Shown in pieces: positions 24,290 to 36,475 of a stretch of 64,000 bases of DNA. How positions within the stretch are numbered: position 1 is the stretch's first letter; each line of letters begins with the position of its first letter. The translations under genes were made by a program, and so were the position numbers. Under the pieces are notes generated by a model. That model did no database searches, was not told where the DNA came from, and saw only the letters and a list, made by a program, of their open reading frames with translations. This DNA comes from Hyaloraphidium curvatum SAG 235-1 (taxonomy: Eukaryota; Fungi; Monoblepharomycota), in contig JAIVFI010000007.1 of NCBI GenBank assembly GCA_025558095.1, positions 186,001 through 250,000 on the forward strand, given 5' to 3'.

Positions 24290-24860
24290 TTGTGCCGGCG
24301 AATGCTAGCTCGGGGTTTCGGACATCGCCCATTTCTCGGCCGCAACGCATCGTACGGGCCCGGACGACCCGGGAACGTGACCGCAGGGGGTCAGTTCCAC
24401 GCCCTAAGTGGTGTCAGATTTCAAAAATACCCACTGCCCGTTGTGATGGCCGGGGAGCGTTGCGGGCGTGCGGAGGAGGGCGGTGCACGCCCAAAACCCC
24501 GAGGGGCAGCCCCCACAGACCGACCGCGTCCGAGGCACGCAGACCCCCGACGTGGCTCGGAGGACGCGCTCCATTGCGCTGCGCGGGCGGGGCGGGCGCG
24601 GGAGACGTGCCGGGAGGGGTGGGAGGTCGGCGGTGCCCCTCGGCTGTAGCCCACCCCGCCCCTCCCATCTTCTGCGGCAGGGCCAGATATTCGGCGGCGG
24701 CGCAGGCACGATGGAGTACGGCAAGTTGGACGGCGCGGGCGCGGCTGAGCGGGGGTGGGCGGACGATCGGATGATGTGAGGCACAAGAAGCCTAAGAAGG
24801 GCCCCCATAACAGTCCGCCGCAGAACACTAAGAGCAATTCATCACGATAGAATCCTAGAA
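24290..24860. ncRNA. Putative structured non-coding RNA (identity unknown)
   Basis: Several nested inverted repeats and an Sm-like GUAUUUUUGA on the minus strand (24421-24430); no convincing ORF; no match to snRNA/SRP/RNase P motifs I could recall. Confidence 0.25.
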
Positions 24861-25170
24861 CGCCGCCCCGGTGATCGACGAAGGGTCGTGGTCGTGAGGC
24901 GGGTTGACGACGAACGGCCCCGCGAGTGCTTGCTGCCATTGGGCGCCGTCGTGAGCAATGAGACGAAGCAATGCAACGTAACGAGAGAGGCCCACTAGTC
25001 CATCGCTTCAGCGAACAAAGGAGTTCCGAGTGATGGATGAGTCAGCTCTCCGGCGGGCTCCCCACCAGAAGACCCCGACCGCATTGACCTCGAATCAAAA
25101 CGCGCTTTGACCCCGCTAGACCTGCGACCTCCGCGTGCCGCGCGTCCATTGCTGCTCGCGGCGCGTGGCG

Positions 25171-28100
25171 ATGCTCTCCGCGGGCGACAGCGAGGCGGAC
25201 CGCGCGGCGGAGGAGTGGGAGGCCGCCGAGGCCGCGCAGCGCTCCGCGGAAGAACGGCGCGCGGCGAAGCTGCGGGGCGCGCCGCACACGCCGCCGTCGG
25301 TCGACGCGGACGAAATGGCGGCGCTGCAAAGCGCGGACGACGCGCGGATGGCCCAACCCGCGGGAGGTGGGGGCCGCCGTCCCGGACCGCCGGCCGCCCT
25401 AATGCCTCTGGTACTCCGGCCATGTGGGCTTCGGCAGACTTCTTCACCTCGCGGACGGCGTTGCCGAATCCCTCGAAGCCGGCCATGTTCGAGAGCAGCC
25501 AGGACGACGACTACGAGCTGCTTGCGCTGCGTCGGGAGGCCGAAAGGAGCTCCAGAGCGAGTGGGTGTCTTCCAAACGGGCAGCAACTCTATGGAGTCCC
25601 TCATATTCATCTCCCATTGCAGTTGCGCGGATGGAGGGGGCAGTCTCTTCGTCGCCGAGGCCGCTCTTCTCGTCGCCGTCGGCGGCACTTCTGGCGAACC
25701 GCGCCGCCGACGAGGACGAAGCCGGCGACGATTCGCCGGCGGACGTGCGCGACAGCTCTTTCCTCGACTCCATCCTCGGGGACAAGGCTGGACTGTTGCG
25801 CCGCGCCTCCGGGTCGGAGCCCGAGTCGGAGGACGACGATTCGCCCGGGGGCGGAGAGGGGCTCGGGATCAAGCTTGGCTTGGACAACAGCGTGGAGGAA
25901 GCAAATTCCTTGCCTGAGGCTCCGGACTCTGAAGCTGAAGCAGACCATCGACCGGACATGATGGAGGAAGTCCCGGATCGGAACCCTGAGCGACGCTCTC
26001 CTTCCCCGGCTGCTTCGGATCGCGGAAGTGAGGCAGATGATTGGATGCGGGAGCTCGACAGGGCAGCACACGGGGCTCCAGCAAGACGCCCGAAGGTGGT
26101 TGAGGAACCATCCCCACCGAGACGCCCGAAGGTCGTCGAGGAGCTCTCCCCAACGAGACGTCGGATGATGGTGGAGGAGCTCTCGGATCCGGAACCGGAT
26201 CAGGACGAGCAGGACGACTGGATGGCCGCACTGGCGCGCGCTGCGGATCCCGAGCGCGATCAGGGCCGGGGCCGGAACAAGCGCCCCGCATCCGATCTCG
26301 CTGGCTACGACGATGCAGACTCGCCTCCAAAGTCGTCGCGGCGTCGGCTGTCGGACGGGGAGCAGTCGGAGCCGGCGACGCCCGTGGCGGACGAAGAGGC
26401 ACGGAACCGCGTGCTCGCCGAGATCCGCTCCGCGCGCGCGGCCCAGGAAGCCGCCTCGCGGCCCGTGCGCCGCCGCGACTTCACGCGGCCGATCGACAGC
26501 CCGCACGTCTGCGCCAGGACGTCTTCCGATCGCGAGGTGTACTTCCCGCTGCGCGACTCGCAGCCGACCCCGCTCCCGGACATGCGCGAGGAAGGCGGCG
26601 GCCTCCTGCCCGGCGCGGGGATCTACGCCATCCTGGACGAGATCGAGCGCGACCGCGCCAAAGCGCAGGAACAGGACGGCATGCGCAGCCAGCTCCTGGA
26701 CATCGGGATGGACGCCGACGGCGCCGAGGCGCTGCTCGCGGACGTCCAAGCGGCGGATGCCCCCGCAGGCGGAGATTCGCGCATGTGGACGGACAAGTAC
26801 CGGCCGAGGCGGTACGTGGACCTCGCAGGGGACGAGACGGTGAATCGCAGCGTGCTCTCGTGGGTGAAGGCGTGGGACTACTGCGTTTTCGGGCGGAGGC
26901 CCAAGGTGGCCCCCTCGGTGGATGCCGAAAAGTCGTACGCCGGTCGGGGCAGGGGACACGGCCGCGGTGGCTTTGGCAGGGGAGGCTTTTCGGGCCGTGG
27001 CGGCGAGCCTGCGGCCAAGGATCGGTGGCTGCGTCCGGAGCACAAGGTAAACATCCTGCTCGTCCAAAAGTGGTCTAAAAGCTGAATCTTCTTCTGCAGA
27101 TCTTGCTCATTGGCGGTCCGCCCGGTCTCGGCAAGACCACCCTTGCCCACGTCGTTGCCCGGCACTGCGGGTACGACGTCATCGAGGTCAATGCGTCGGA
27201 TGAGCGCGCCGCCTCGACGCTGGTGCAGCGCGTGGAGTCGGCGACGCAGAACCTCAGCCTCGCCGGGGCAGCACGGGGCAAGGCCACGGGGAAGCCGAGC
27301 CTGATCGTGCTGGACGAGATCGACGGCGTCAGCTCCGCCGAATCCGGCGGCGTGAGCTTCGTCCAGGTTCTCGTGGAAATGGCCACCGCGTCCGCGGACG
27401 CGGGTTCGAAGGCCGACGCCGCGGACGACGACGGCGACAAGAAGGAGGACGGCGAGGGCGAGGATGCTGCCAAGGAGAAGAAGCGCTCCAAGAAGGGCAA
27501 GAAGGTCGCCAAGCACCCGCCGCTGCGGAGGCCGATCATCTGCATTTGCAACGACCCATACGCACCCGCCCTGCGCCAGCTGAGGAGCGTCGCATTGGTC
27601 ATCAACATCCGCGTGCCTCCCGTCCAGGCCCTCGCGAAGCGCCTGGCCGACATCTGCGCCTGGGAAGGACTTTCGGTGGAGCTGCGCACGCTCATGGCAC
27701 TCGTGGAAGAGACTCAGGGAGACGTGCGGAGCTGTCTCATGACGCTGCAGGTGAGCTTAACCTCTGCTTGGCCCCTGTGTGCATCTTGACCTCCCCGTAC
27801 AACAGTTCGTGCGCTCCAAAGCCGATCGGCTGATGTATTCGGACCTCCAGACGCTGTCCGTTGGTCGGAAGGACTCGGAGAAGAGCCTATTTGCCGTTTG
27901 GGATACGATCTTCCAGGTTCCGACTGCGAAGCAGGAGCGGAACACCTTGTTCACCGGCCGGCATGACGACGGCGGCGAAGTCGTGGAGGGCCACGTGCAC
28001 AACCAGCACGTTCACAACATCCTGGCAATGGTCGCTGCTCACGGCGAGTACGACCGAATCCTGCAGGGTGAGTAGAGCTAGGCGCTGTTTGATTAGGCTG

Positions 28101-29418
28101 ATTGAGTGACTGCGTTTTCAGGATGCTTCGAAGCGTACACGAAGCAGCGCCACGTTGACGTATCGACCGATCCTTCCAAAACGCGCATCAATCAGCTGTT
28201 GGATTTCCTCACCGGTTTCCACGACGTGGTCTCCAATCGCGTCAACACCTCGCAGAACTGGGAACTGGGCGGCTATCTTTCCTACATCTTTGTCGCATTC
28301 CACCGCTTCTTTGCGACGACAAACCGGACGCGCATCGAGTGGCCGCGCAAAGACTACGAGGCTTTCGTTGCCACGAAGACCAACGACAGCATCCTGCAGC
28401 TGATGCAGAAGGGCCTGTCCGCTAAAGCACGGATGAGCTGGAACGTTCGGAACGTCGCTCTGGAGCTCGCGTCTCCGGTGCTGCGCATCATGTCGCCGGA
28501 GCTTAGGCCTGTCAATGTGCAGCTCATGAAGGCCGAGGAGCGGAGGACGCTGAAGCGCCTCATCGGGCTCATGGTCGGCCTCGGGTTGGGGTTCAAGCAG
28601 GAGAAAACAACGCCGGAGGATCGGTTGCAGGCCGGCCAGATCAGCGGCGACGGAAACTGGGTCTTCCGTCTCGAGCCGTGAGCGCGTTTACGCTCGATCG
28701 CTTCTCGCAGCTAAAAGTTGCATTCTCCACCAGACCAATCCATCGCTTGATCGAGTTTTCCTCTGACACCACTCCCCTCACCTCCCGCGGCATTCTTCCC
28801 TATGGGTACACCGTGCGCCAAATGGTGGCTCACGAACTCGAATTCGAGCGGGTTCGTCGTGCCGAGAAAGCTCGGGCCGAACGCGAAAAGGAGCTGGAAG
28901 AGCTTGAAGCGAGACAGCGAGCAAAGGCGGACGGGCTGTTTGCGCATGTTCCGGCTGCTGAACCGGACCCTGCAGAAAAGGCCCTCGAGGAGGCGGCAGC
29001 CAAGGAGGCGGCGGAGGCCGCGGAGCGGAAAAGGAAGCAGGAACTCAAGGACAGGGTGTTGGAGAAGATCACTGCACGGAAGCCGGCTGCAGTCGTGCAA
29101 ACGAAGGTGGGCTTCCCACTCAATCGGTTGGCTCTTCTCAATCTGACGGCGTTGCTCAGGCGGCAACCGACTTTTTCGGCAGGCCTCTCAAGAAGGAAAG
29201 TGCATTTGCTGATGACGAGGAGGACGAAAACGAGGATCAAGGTGAGCGCAGTCATCTGCTTTCTTCTTGATGAAACTAAACCCTCCGCTCCAGGTCAGAA
29301 GCCGCGGAAGAAGGCACGGACGGAGGAGTCCAAAGCACAGTTCAAGGTGCTCTACAAGTTCAACGAAGGATTCAGCAACGCCGTACGCACTCCAGTGTAC
29401 ATGCGTGACTTCCTGTAG
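25171..29418 (+). CDS. CTF18: Chromosome transmission fidelity protein 18 (alternative RFC large subunit), multi-intron
   Basis: WTDKYRP..YVDL.GDE.VNR, GPPGLGKTTLAH, EVNASDER, LDEIDG, RRPIICICND, DFFGR, FNEGFSNAVR; 5' exons joined by introns 25367-25437 and 25561-25622. Confidence 0.93.
26084..26191 (+). repeat. Three 36-nt tandem coding repeats (RRPKVVEE[PL]SP) in the CTF18 N-terminal region
   Basis: agacgcccgaaggtggttgaggaa.. / agacgcccgaaggtcgtcgaggag.. / agacgtcggatgatggtggaggag.. Confidence 0.8.
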
Positions 29419-29542
29419 ATCTGTTTTGCTGGCCTTATGTCTCCGTTGTGAAATGGAATCCTGCGTCAGAGGTAGAATCGTTGGACTGAAGAAGATGTCA
29501 CTTGTCCGCCGTCTATTCCATGACGCAGTTCATCTCTCTACA

Positions 29543-32500
29543 TTAAGGACGGACCAGAGCCAAACGGAATCTGGAGTCGCTGATCTGAAAGAAGTCGCGG
29601 CAATTAACACTTGCAAAGCAACGAAGCCCGGGGCCTTCACCTCCTGGTCCTCCTCAATAATGACGTTTCGACCTTCCAACGAGCCCTTCTTGATGTTCAG
29701 GCTCTGCTTGAGAGCCTTGTTGAGGAAGTCGATCTGGCGATCGAGGCACGTCTTGAGCTGGTCGTCCTTGTCCTCAAGCATCTCGTAGAAGTACTCGACT
29801 TCGTCGACGGGAACAAGCAGAGCCTGCGACGTACCGACGTCAGAAGCCAGAAGCCCAACTTGAAGGTGGCCGCACCTTTTTCCGCAACCGTTGAACGCGA
29901 TTCACCACCTCCCTCGCCATGCCCTCCATGATCAGCCCCTCGTCGAGCGTCACGTCGACCAGCACCAGGGCGTTCTTGTCAAACGCCCCTTCGTACGTCG
30001 GATGTTCTTGCTCGTCAAAGTAGCGCACGACGCGCAGATCCGCGTCCGTGAGCTCGTGTCCATTCACGGTGATCTTCTTCGTCGTCAGGAACTCCTTCAA
30101 AGTGTCCGAAGGCAGCTGCTGCAGCGCCTTCACAAGGGCCGGCGCGTCCTTCTTGAGGCGCATCCCCAACGTCTTATGGTCGGGATCGGCACGGTACTTG
30201 AGACCGTACTTGTGCTCATCGTCCGTGACGACAACGGATTTGATGTTCAGCTCCTCGCTGATGTAGTTACCCAGCGAGCGCACGTCATCGAGGTACTCCT
30301 GGTCTGCGTTGATGACCACGACCTCGCGCAGCGGGGTCTTGACGGGGATGTTCCGCTTATCCCGCACGATGCGGCACAGTTCAATCACCCGGCGCATTCG
30401 AGAAACACGCCGCTCAATTTCGGGATCGGCGTAGCGCTCGTTGGGAACGGGGAAGGAGAGGAAGTGGATAGACCGGTCGTCGGCCTGTACGGGATTGAGG
30501 CAGGAGGCGGCGGCCGCAGACGAAGCGGTGTGCAGGTGTTGGCGCAGACCTTGGTAGATGGTTTCGGTTATGAAGGGGGTGAAAGGAGCCTAGGAAGTAG
30601 ACGAGGCGGTGAGATTGCCGTACGAACATTTTGCCGAAGGTCGAATTACCATCGTCTTGCAAAGAGTCAACAGAACTTCGAAAAGGGTGTTCATAGCGGC
30701 CACGGCGTCTTCCGGCCCGTTCTCTCCCTTCAGCCGCTTGCGGTTGAAACGCAGGTACCAATTCGTCAGCTCGTCCACCAGCTGAAGCAGCCGCGGAACG
30801 ACGGTGTAAAGACGGTACGCCTCCATCTCCTTGCGCACAAACGCGATGAGCGACTGGCACGAGGCCAGGATCCATCGGTCCATGAGCGCCGAAGAGGTAG
30901 GGGCCGCGGGGTCGTACTTGAACTCGACGCCGAGGTCCTACAGAGAACATTCAACGTGTGCCAGAGCTCCGAATCTTCGGCAACGAACCTTCTTCAGGAC
31001 AACAACCTGGGTCACAAAGAACCTGTACGAGTTGAACCAAGGAAGGAAAACTTGCGCGAGAAGCGCCTTCACGTCTTCCTCCTTGAACTTGAGGGTTTCG
31101 GCGCGCACGACGGGGGAGTTGATGAGGTAGAGGCGCAGAGCATCAGCGCCGTACTGATCCACGATCTGCGTCGGCTCGGGGTAGTTCTTGAGCCGCTTTG
31201 ACATCTTCTTGCCGTCACTAACGCGGAAATCAGGACGTCTGACTCGATGTCACCGAACGACGATCGGGCACTCACGCGGCGAGGACGAGACCGTTGACGA
31301 TGACGTTCTTGAACGGCGGTTTTTGGAACAGGTGAACGGAAAGCACCAGAAGGGTGTAGAACCAGCCACGGGTCTGGTCAAGGCCCTCAGCAATGAAGTC
31401 GGCCGGGAAGCCCTTCTCCCACTCGTCCTTGTTCTCAAAGGGGTAGTGGGATTGCGCGTATGGCATCGAGCCCGACTCGAACCAGCAGTCGAGCACCTCG
31501 TCCACTCGCCGGAGCACACCCTTGCCCTTCTGCGAAGGGATCGTGATGTGGTCGATGCTAGCGTGGGTGTCAATCGGACTGCAGCTTTACCGGCACCCCG
31601 AACGTCTCACCTGTCGCGGTGAAGATCCTTGATACCGGCCACGCCGCTGAGCTTCTCCAGCTCCTCAATGCTGCCCACACAAACAATCTCCTCAAAGTCC
31701 TCGCTCGTCCACAGCGGAATCGGCGTGCCCCAGTAGCGGTTCCGCGAGATGGACCAGTCGCGCGCGTTCTCCAGCCAGTTCGCGAAGCGCTTCTCCTGGA
31801 CAAAGTCCGGGACCCAGTAGGTTTCCTTGTTTGCTTGGAGCAGCTGGTCCGTGATGTTGCTGACGCGGACGAACCACGAAGGAACAGCCCGGTACACGAG
31901 GGGGGTGTCGGACCGCCAGCAGAAGGGGTACGAGTGGTTGAGAACCCCCTGGCGGATGAGACGGCCGTGCTGCTTCAGCATCTTGACGATGTTCTTGTCC
32001 GCGTCCTGAAGAGAACGGTCAGGGTCGCGACGAAAGGTCGGGATCGAGAGCTTCACCTTGACGTACTCGCCCTTGAAGTCCGTCACCTCAGCCGTGTAGC
32101 ATCCCTTCTCGTCGATCGGGCACGGCACATCCTTGCCCTCCTTATCGATGATGCCGTGAAGCATCGCTACCCGGTAGTCGTCCTCACCGAAGCCGGGAGC
32201 CTGGTGGACGACGCCCGTGCCGGCTTCATCCGTCACGTAGGTGTCCGAAACGACCTTGAAGGTCGTAAACTGTCCCTTCCGCGCCTCGTAGTAGGGGAAC
32301 AGGGGCACATACTCGAGCCCGGCGAGCTCCGAGCCCTTGTAACGCTGCACCACCTCGTACTTTGCCTTCTTCAGGTTGTAGACCGAGTCCAGCCGCTTCT
32401 CCAGCAAGATCCAGCATTTGCCCGTCTCGCCGTCGCGGACCTTGACATAGTCAAAATCGGGATGGACGCAGAGGGCGAGGTTGGCCGGCAGGGTCCAGGG

Positions 32501-33377
32501 AGTGGTCGTCCACGCGAGGATGGAAGTGTCCGGATCCGAGATCAGGGGGAAGGAGACGACGACGGCGGGGTCGTCGACGTCCTTGTAGTTCTGGTTCGCC
32601 TCAAAGTTGGATAGTGGGGTATTGCAGGCGGTGGAATAGGGCATGATCTGCAACGGGCGTCGTCAGGACCTGTTCCCCGGGAGGCTGCCAATCTCCATAC
32701 CTTGAAGCTCCGGTACACCTGCCCCTTGTCCCACAGTTGCTTAAAGACCCACCAGACGCTCTCCATGAACGACGGGTTGAGCGTCTTGTAGTCGTTCTCA
32801 AAGTCGATCCACCGCCCCATCCGCACGACCGTCCGCTCCCACTCCTTCGAGTACCGCATGACGATAGAGCGGCATTCGGCGTTGTACTTGTCGATACCCA
32901 TGGCGAGGACGTCGGAGCGGCCGTTGATGCCCAGCTTCTTGTCGATCTCGTACTCGACCGGAAGCCCGTGGGTATCCTGAGGTCCCTCCGTCAGATTGCC
33001 GGAAAATCACCGCCAGAAAGAGCTCCGACGCACCCAGCCGAACCGCCTCTCCACGTAGTGACCCGTGGTCGTCGCGTACCGCGTCACAACATCCTTGATC
33101 GTCCCCGCGAGCAGGTGCCCGTAGTGGGGCAGCCCCGTCGCGAACGGCGGCCCATCGTAGAACGTGTAGCGCGGCAGATCCTTCGTGAGCTCGAGCTGAC
33201 GCTTGAAAGCGTCGAACTGCTGCCACAGCCCGAGGACCTTGAGCTCCTCCTGGTTGAAGTTGAGCGACGAGGACACGATCCCTGTTCCGCGAGCCGCACG
33301 ACGCCGTCGGGGTGAGCATGGACCCAATCCCGTACAGATCAAATGGAATTCGCACCTTCGGAGCCCTCGGCAGCCAT
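29543..33377 (-). CDS. ILS1: Cytosolic isoleucyl-tRNA synthetase, multi-intron
   Basis: [78 protein letters not shown]. Confidence 0.96.
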
Positions 33378-33651
33378 CTTCTTCCTCAGGCAGCCCGCCG
33401 AGGCACCGAACGCTTTCGAGCCTGTCGGGTGCCGGGGCGCGTCCCAAGCGCGTCCAAAGACCGGTACGCGGCGCGCGGCCCGCAGCACAGCACGCGCCGA
33501 CGTCGTGGAGACCCGGAATACCCGGGCGAAGGCGTCGGCGGCACGGTCCGTGCCTCCGGTTGGTTTATTGTTGTTTGCAGCCGAAAATTGCTAGCCCGCC
33601 CTTCAACTGCCTTCACCTGCTCTGCTCCGAGCCTGACCTCGGAAATCGGCG

Positions 33652-34253
33652 ATGGCGCAGTCGAACCCCCTCTCCGATCCCAAAATCCAGGCGGCGATCA
33701 CCGATGCGGGCACGGGCGGCCTGATCGGCTTCGCAACGGGCTGTGGGGCGCTCCGGCGCGCGGCGGGTGGACCCTGCCTCACCTGCCGCTCCGTCCATTC
33801 GCAGACGCGGTGAAGAAAGTCGGGAAGGTGGCGCTCGTGGTGGTTGGGGTCGGCTTCGCGGGGTTGCAGGTCCTGGCGAACAATGGTTCGGCCTCCGTCG
33901 CTCGGGTTGGGAAAGGCGGGGCTGAACGGTGCCATTCGCCGTGCAGGGATGGTGGAGGTCAATTTCTCCGCGATGGACAAGTACGCGAAGAAGAATCTCG
34001 ATTTGAACAAGGACGGGGTGGTGCGTTGGGCTCTTGCGGACCTCGGGTTAGGGAGTGTCTGAACTGGCATCGCGCGCAGGTGGACGTGAAGGACGCCGTG
34101 GTCGCGACGCAGAGCCTTTCCGACTACTTCAGCCGGCGGATGCCGCAAGGGGCAGGTCTGCATCTCTGGTCTGGAACCCGTGCCGTATGAAGGTGCTTAC
34201 TCATTCCTCCAGGCTTCGGCGTCGGATTTCTCGGGGGATTGAGGTACGGATAA
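33652..34253 (+). CDS. FUN14: FUN14-domain membrane protein (4 introns)
   Basis: GGLIGFATG|YAVKKVGKVALVVVGVGFAGLQVL, LDLNKDGV|VDVKD, GFGVGFLGG. Confidence 0.85.
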
Positions 34254-34349
34254 GGCTTGAGGTCTGCCACAAGCTGTGAATGTATTTCGGCGCAAGCAAA
34301 CAGCATCGCCAGGTATCGTCATTTCTGCTGTGCACCCGCATCCATCCCT

Positions 34350-35754
34350 TCACCGCGCCGGCCACTCCGCAATGTCGACCCTGTATTCCTCGATCGGCAC
34401 CGTGTACGGTTCCTCCGGCGGCTCCATGTCAGGGTACCCGTTGTCCCTGAGGATCCTGAGCCAGTCCTCGGGCCGCTTGGACGGCGGCGCCGAGGGGTTC
34501 CGCGGGGGGTACAGCGGCGGCGCGTGGAACGTCAGCGTGGCCCTGGCCGCCGGCACCGGTTCCACGGGGATGGGTTCCCAGGGGACTTGCGCGGCACCGA
34601 GGAAGGGCTGGTACGCGTTGGGCGGGAAAGGCGAGCCGCCGGGGCCCATGCCGTGCTGCATGCCGGGCGGGAACGCCTGCATCGACGACTGGTAGATGGG
34701 AAACGCTGCCGGCGATCCGATCCCGTTGGGAGGCACCATGGGGAACTGCGTCCCGGGCGGGAAGCCAGCCTGCTCGGCGAACATGGCGCCGGGGGTGTCC
34801 GGGCCCTCGTCGCCGTACTCGCTCGGCTCCGGGCTGCCCTCCTCGTCCAGCGGGTTGATGTAGTAAGCGGCGCCGCCGATCGACACGAGGATGGCGCGCG
34901 CCGCGTCCGAGATGTCAAAGAGCTCCTCCTCGGTGTTATCGTCCGAGATGTACGTCCCGCGCAGCGTGATCCGGTCCGACGGAAGCTCCTTGTGGACCAG
35001 CGGGCCCGTGGGGTCCTTGATCGTGTACTGCATGATCGGGTACGGGTCCCTGTTGTGCGGCGGCGGGTGGAAGCAGGGCAGGTGCGCCTCCTTGATTGTC
35101 CTGGGAGCGGGAGGGTCAGATCGTGCGCATGAAAAGCCCGGTGCCTCGTGCCACGCACCAGTAGTTGGTCCGCCTGTCCATGGCCTCCACGACCGTGACC
35201 TCGACCTTTTCGAAGCAGTCGTACTGGCTCAGGACCGACGACACGGCGCTCTTCCAGTTGGGCTTCCTGGTCGGCACGTGGTCGCCCCAGCGCTCCGGGC
35301 ACGCGTGCTTGAGCCACTCGGTCACGAAGGCCACGGGCGCGTGCCGCAGCGGGTGCGCCAGGATCGCCGAGCCGATCAGGGTCACGAACGGCGTGTTGAG
35401 CTGGTTTGTCTTTGACAGCGTGGTCTGCGGGAACGGCGGCGGCGGCGGGATCTGGCCGGCCAGCTGCTTCCTGATGGTGCGCGATCGCTGCCTGCCGCGG
35501 TCGCGGTCGCGGCGGCGCTGCAGCTCGTCGGGCGTCGAGGTCGTCAGGCCGCCGAAGGCGAGGTACGGCCGCTCGGCGGGCGCGTCGTCGGCGGCGCGGC
35601 GCGGCGGCGGCGGCGGCGGCGCCTTCTTCTTCAGCATCAGCCGCTTGGCGTGCGGCTGCGGCGGGACGGGCCCGGTGCGCTCGCCGCCGCGCCGCGTCGA
35701 GTAGCCGCCGTGCCGCGTCGGCGGCGGCGACGGCCGGTCGTCCGAGTCGGACAT
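34350..35754 (-). CDS. Divergent forkhead-box transcription factor (1 intron near 35158-35102)
   Basis: PFVTLIGSAILAHP...VTEWL...NWKSAVSSVLSQYDCFEKV...NYW matches forkhead helix/wing spacing; Pro/Gly/acidic C-terminal region. Confidence 0.7.
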
Positions 35755-35875
35755 GCCGCCTAGCAGGTCCAATGAAGCCAGAAATGGCACGGAAGGGAGA
35801 TCTCCGGGTTTTGAGCCGGAGCTTGCAGGGGGGAATGTTCGCCGAAGTCGCACAAGTCGCAAGACGCGGCCTATT

Positions 35876-36358
35876 ATGGCGCAGCCAAAAGCAACCAACA
35901 GCATGCCGAAACCGTCCGCTCCCAAGCCGTCCGAGGCGGCAACCGCGCCCGCGAAGCGCAAAGCGGCCTCGGAAATCGACGATATTTTCGCCGCTCGGGG
36001 CAAATCTGGACCAGCAAAGGAGGCAAAGGACGCAAAGAAGCCGGCCGAGGAGGAGCCGATTCTGGCGAACGAGGCCCCAAAGAAGAAGAAGAAAAAGTCC
36101 AAGCCTGCTTCCGATGGTGCTTCGGACGCCAAGGACGCCAAGGTCGAGGTCGTGGATCTCTCCGCGAAGCCCTCTTCTGCCAAGAAGAAGAAGCTCGTGG
36201 ACGAGGACGGTTTCGCCGACTCCAGGGGCAGCAGCGGCAGGAAGAAGATCGACGGGCTGGACGTCTATTCCCGTGCGGAGCTGGGGCTGGTCGAGGATCG
36301 GCCCGGCGGCGACACCCCGCTGTGCCCGTTCGATTGCCCGCCAGAGTGCTGTTCATGA
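35876..36358 (+). CDS. DUF1764-family Lys-rich protein
   Basis: SEIDDIFA, FADSRG, RKKIDGLDVY..AEL, GGDTPLCPFDC..CC C-terminus. Confidence 0.85.
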   Translation: MAQPKATNSMPKPSAPKPSEAATAPAKRKAASEIDDIFAARGKSGPAKEAKDAKKPAEEEPILANEAPKKKKKKSKPASDGASDAKDAKVEVVDLSAKPSSAKKKKLVDEDGFADSRGSSGRKKIDGLDVYSRAELGLVEDRPGGDTPLCPFDCPPECCS

Positions 36359-36475
36359 GCAACACCGATCGGAGGCTGTCCGCGATGTCACTCCAGGATC
36401 GTAAACGTCTGCTGGGATGTCTACTCTAATCGGAATGAGGATGACGCAGTACATGCTGGGCAATAGTTCTCAGCC

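Noticed and set aside
24281-24860. Specific identity as telomerase RNA, U1/U2/U4/U11/U12, U14, SRP or RNase P/MRP
   Set aside because: No CTAACCCT-type template, and the conserved 5' ends and boxes of these RNAs are absent; kept only as an unidentified candidate.
24421-24939. Minus-strand 172-aa ORF with a hydrophobic stretch
   Set aside because: No codon bias or family signature; the rest of the product is Arg/Pro noise.
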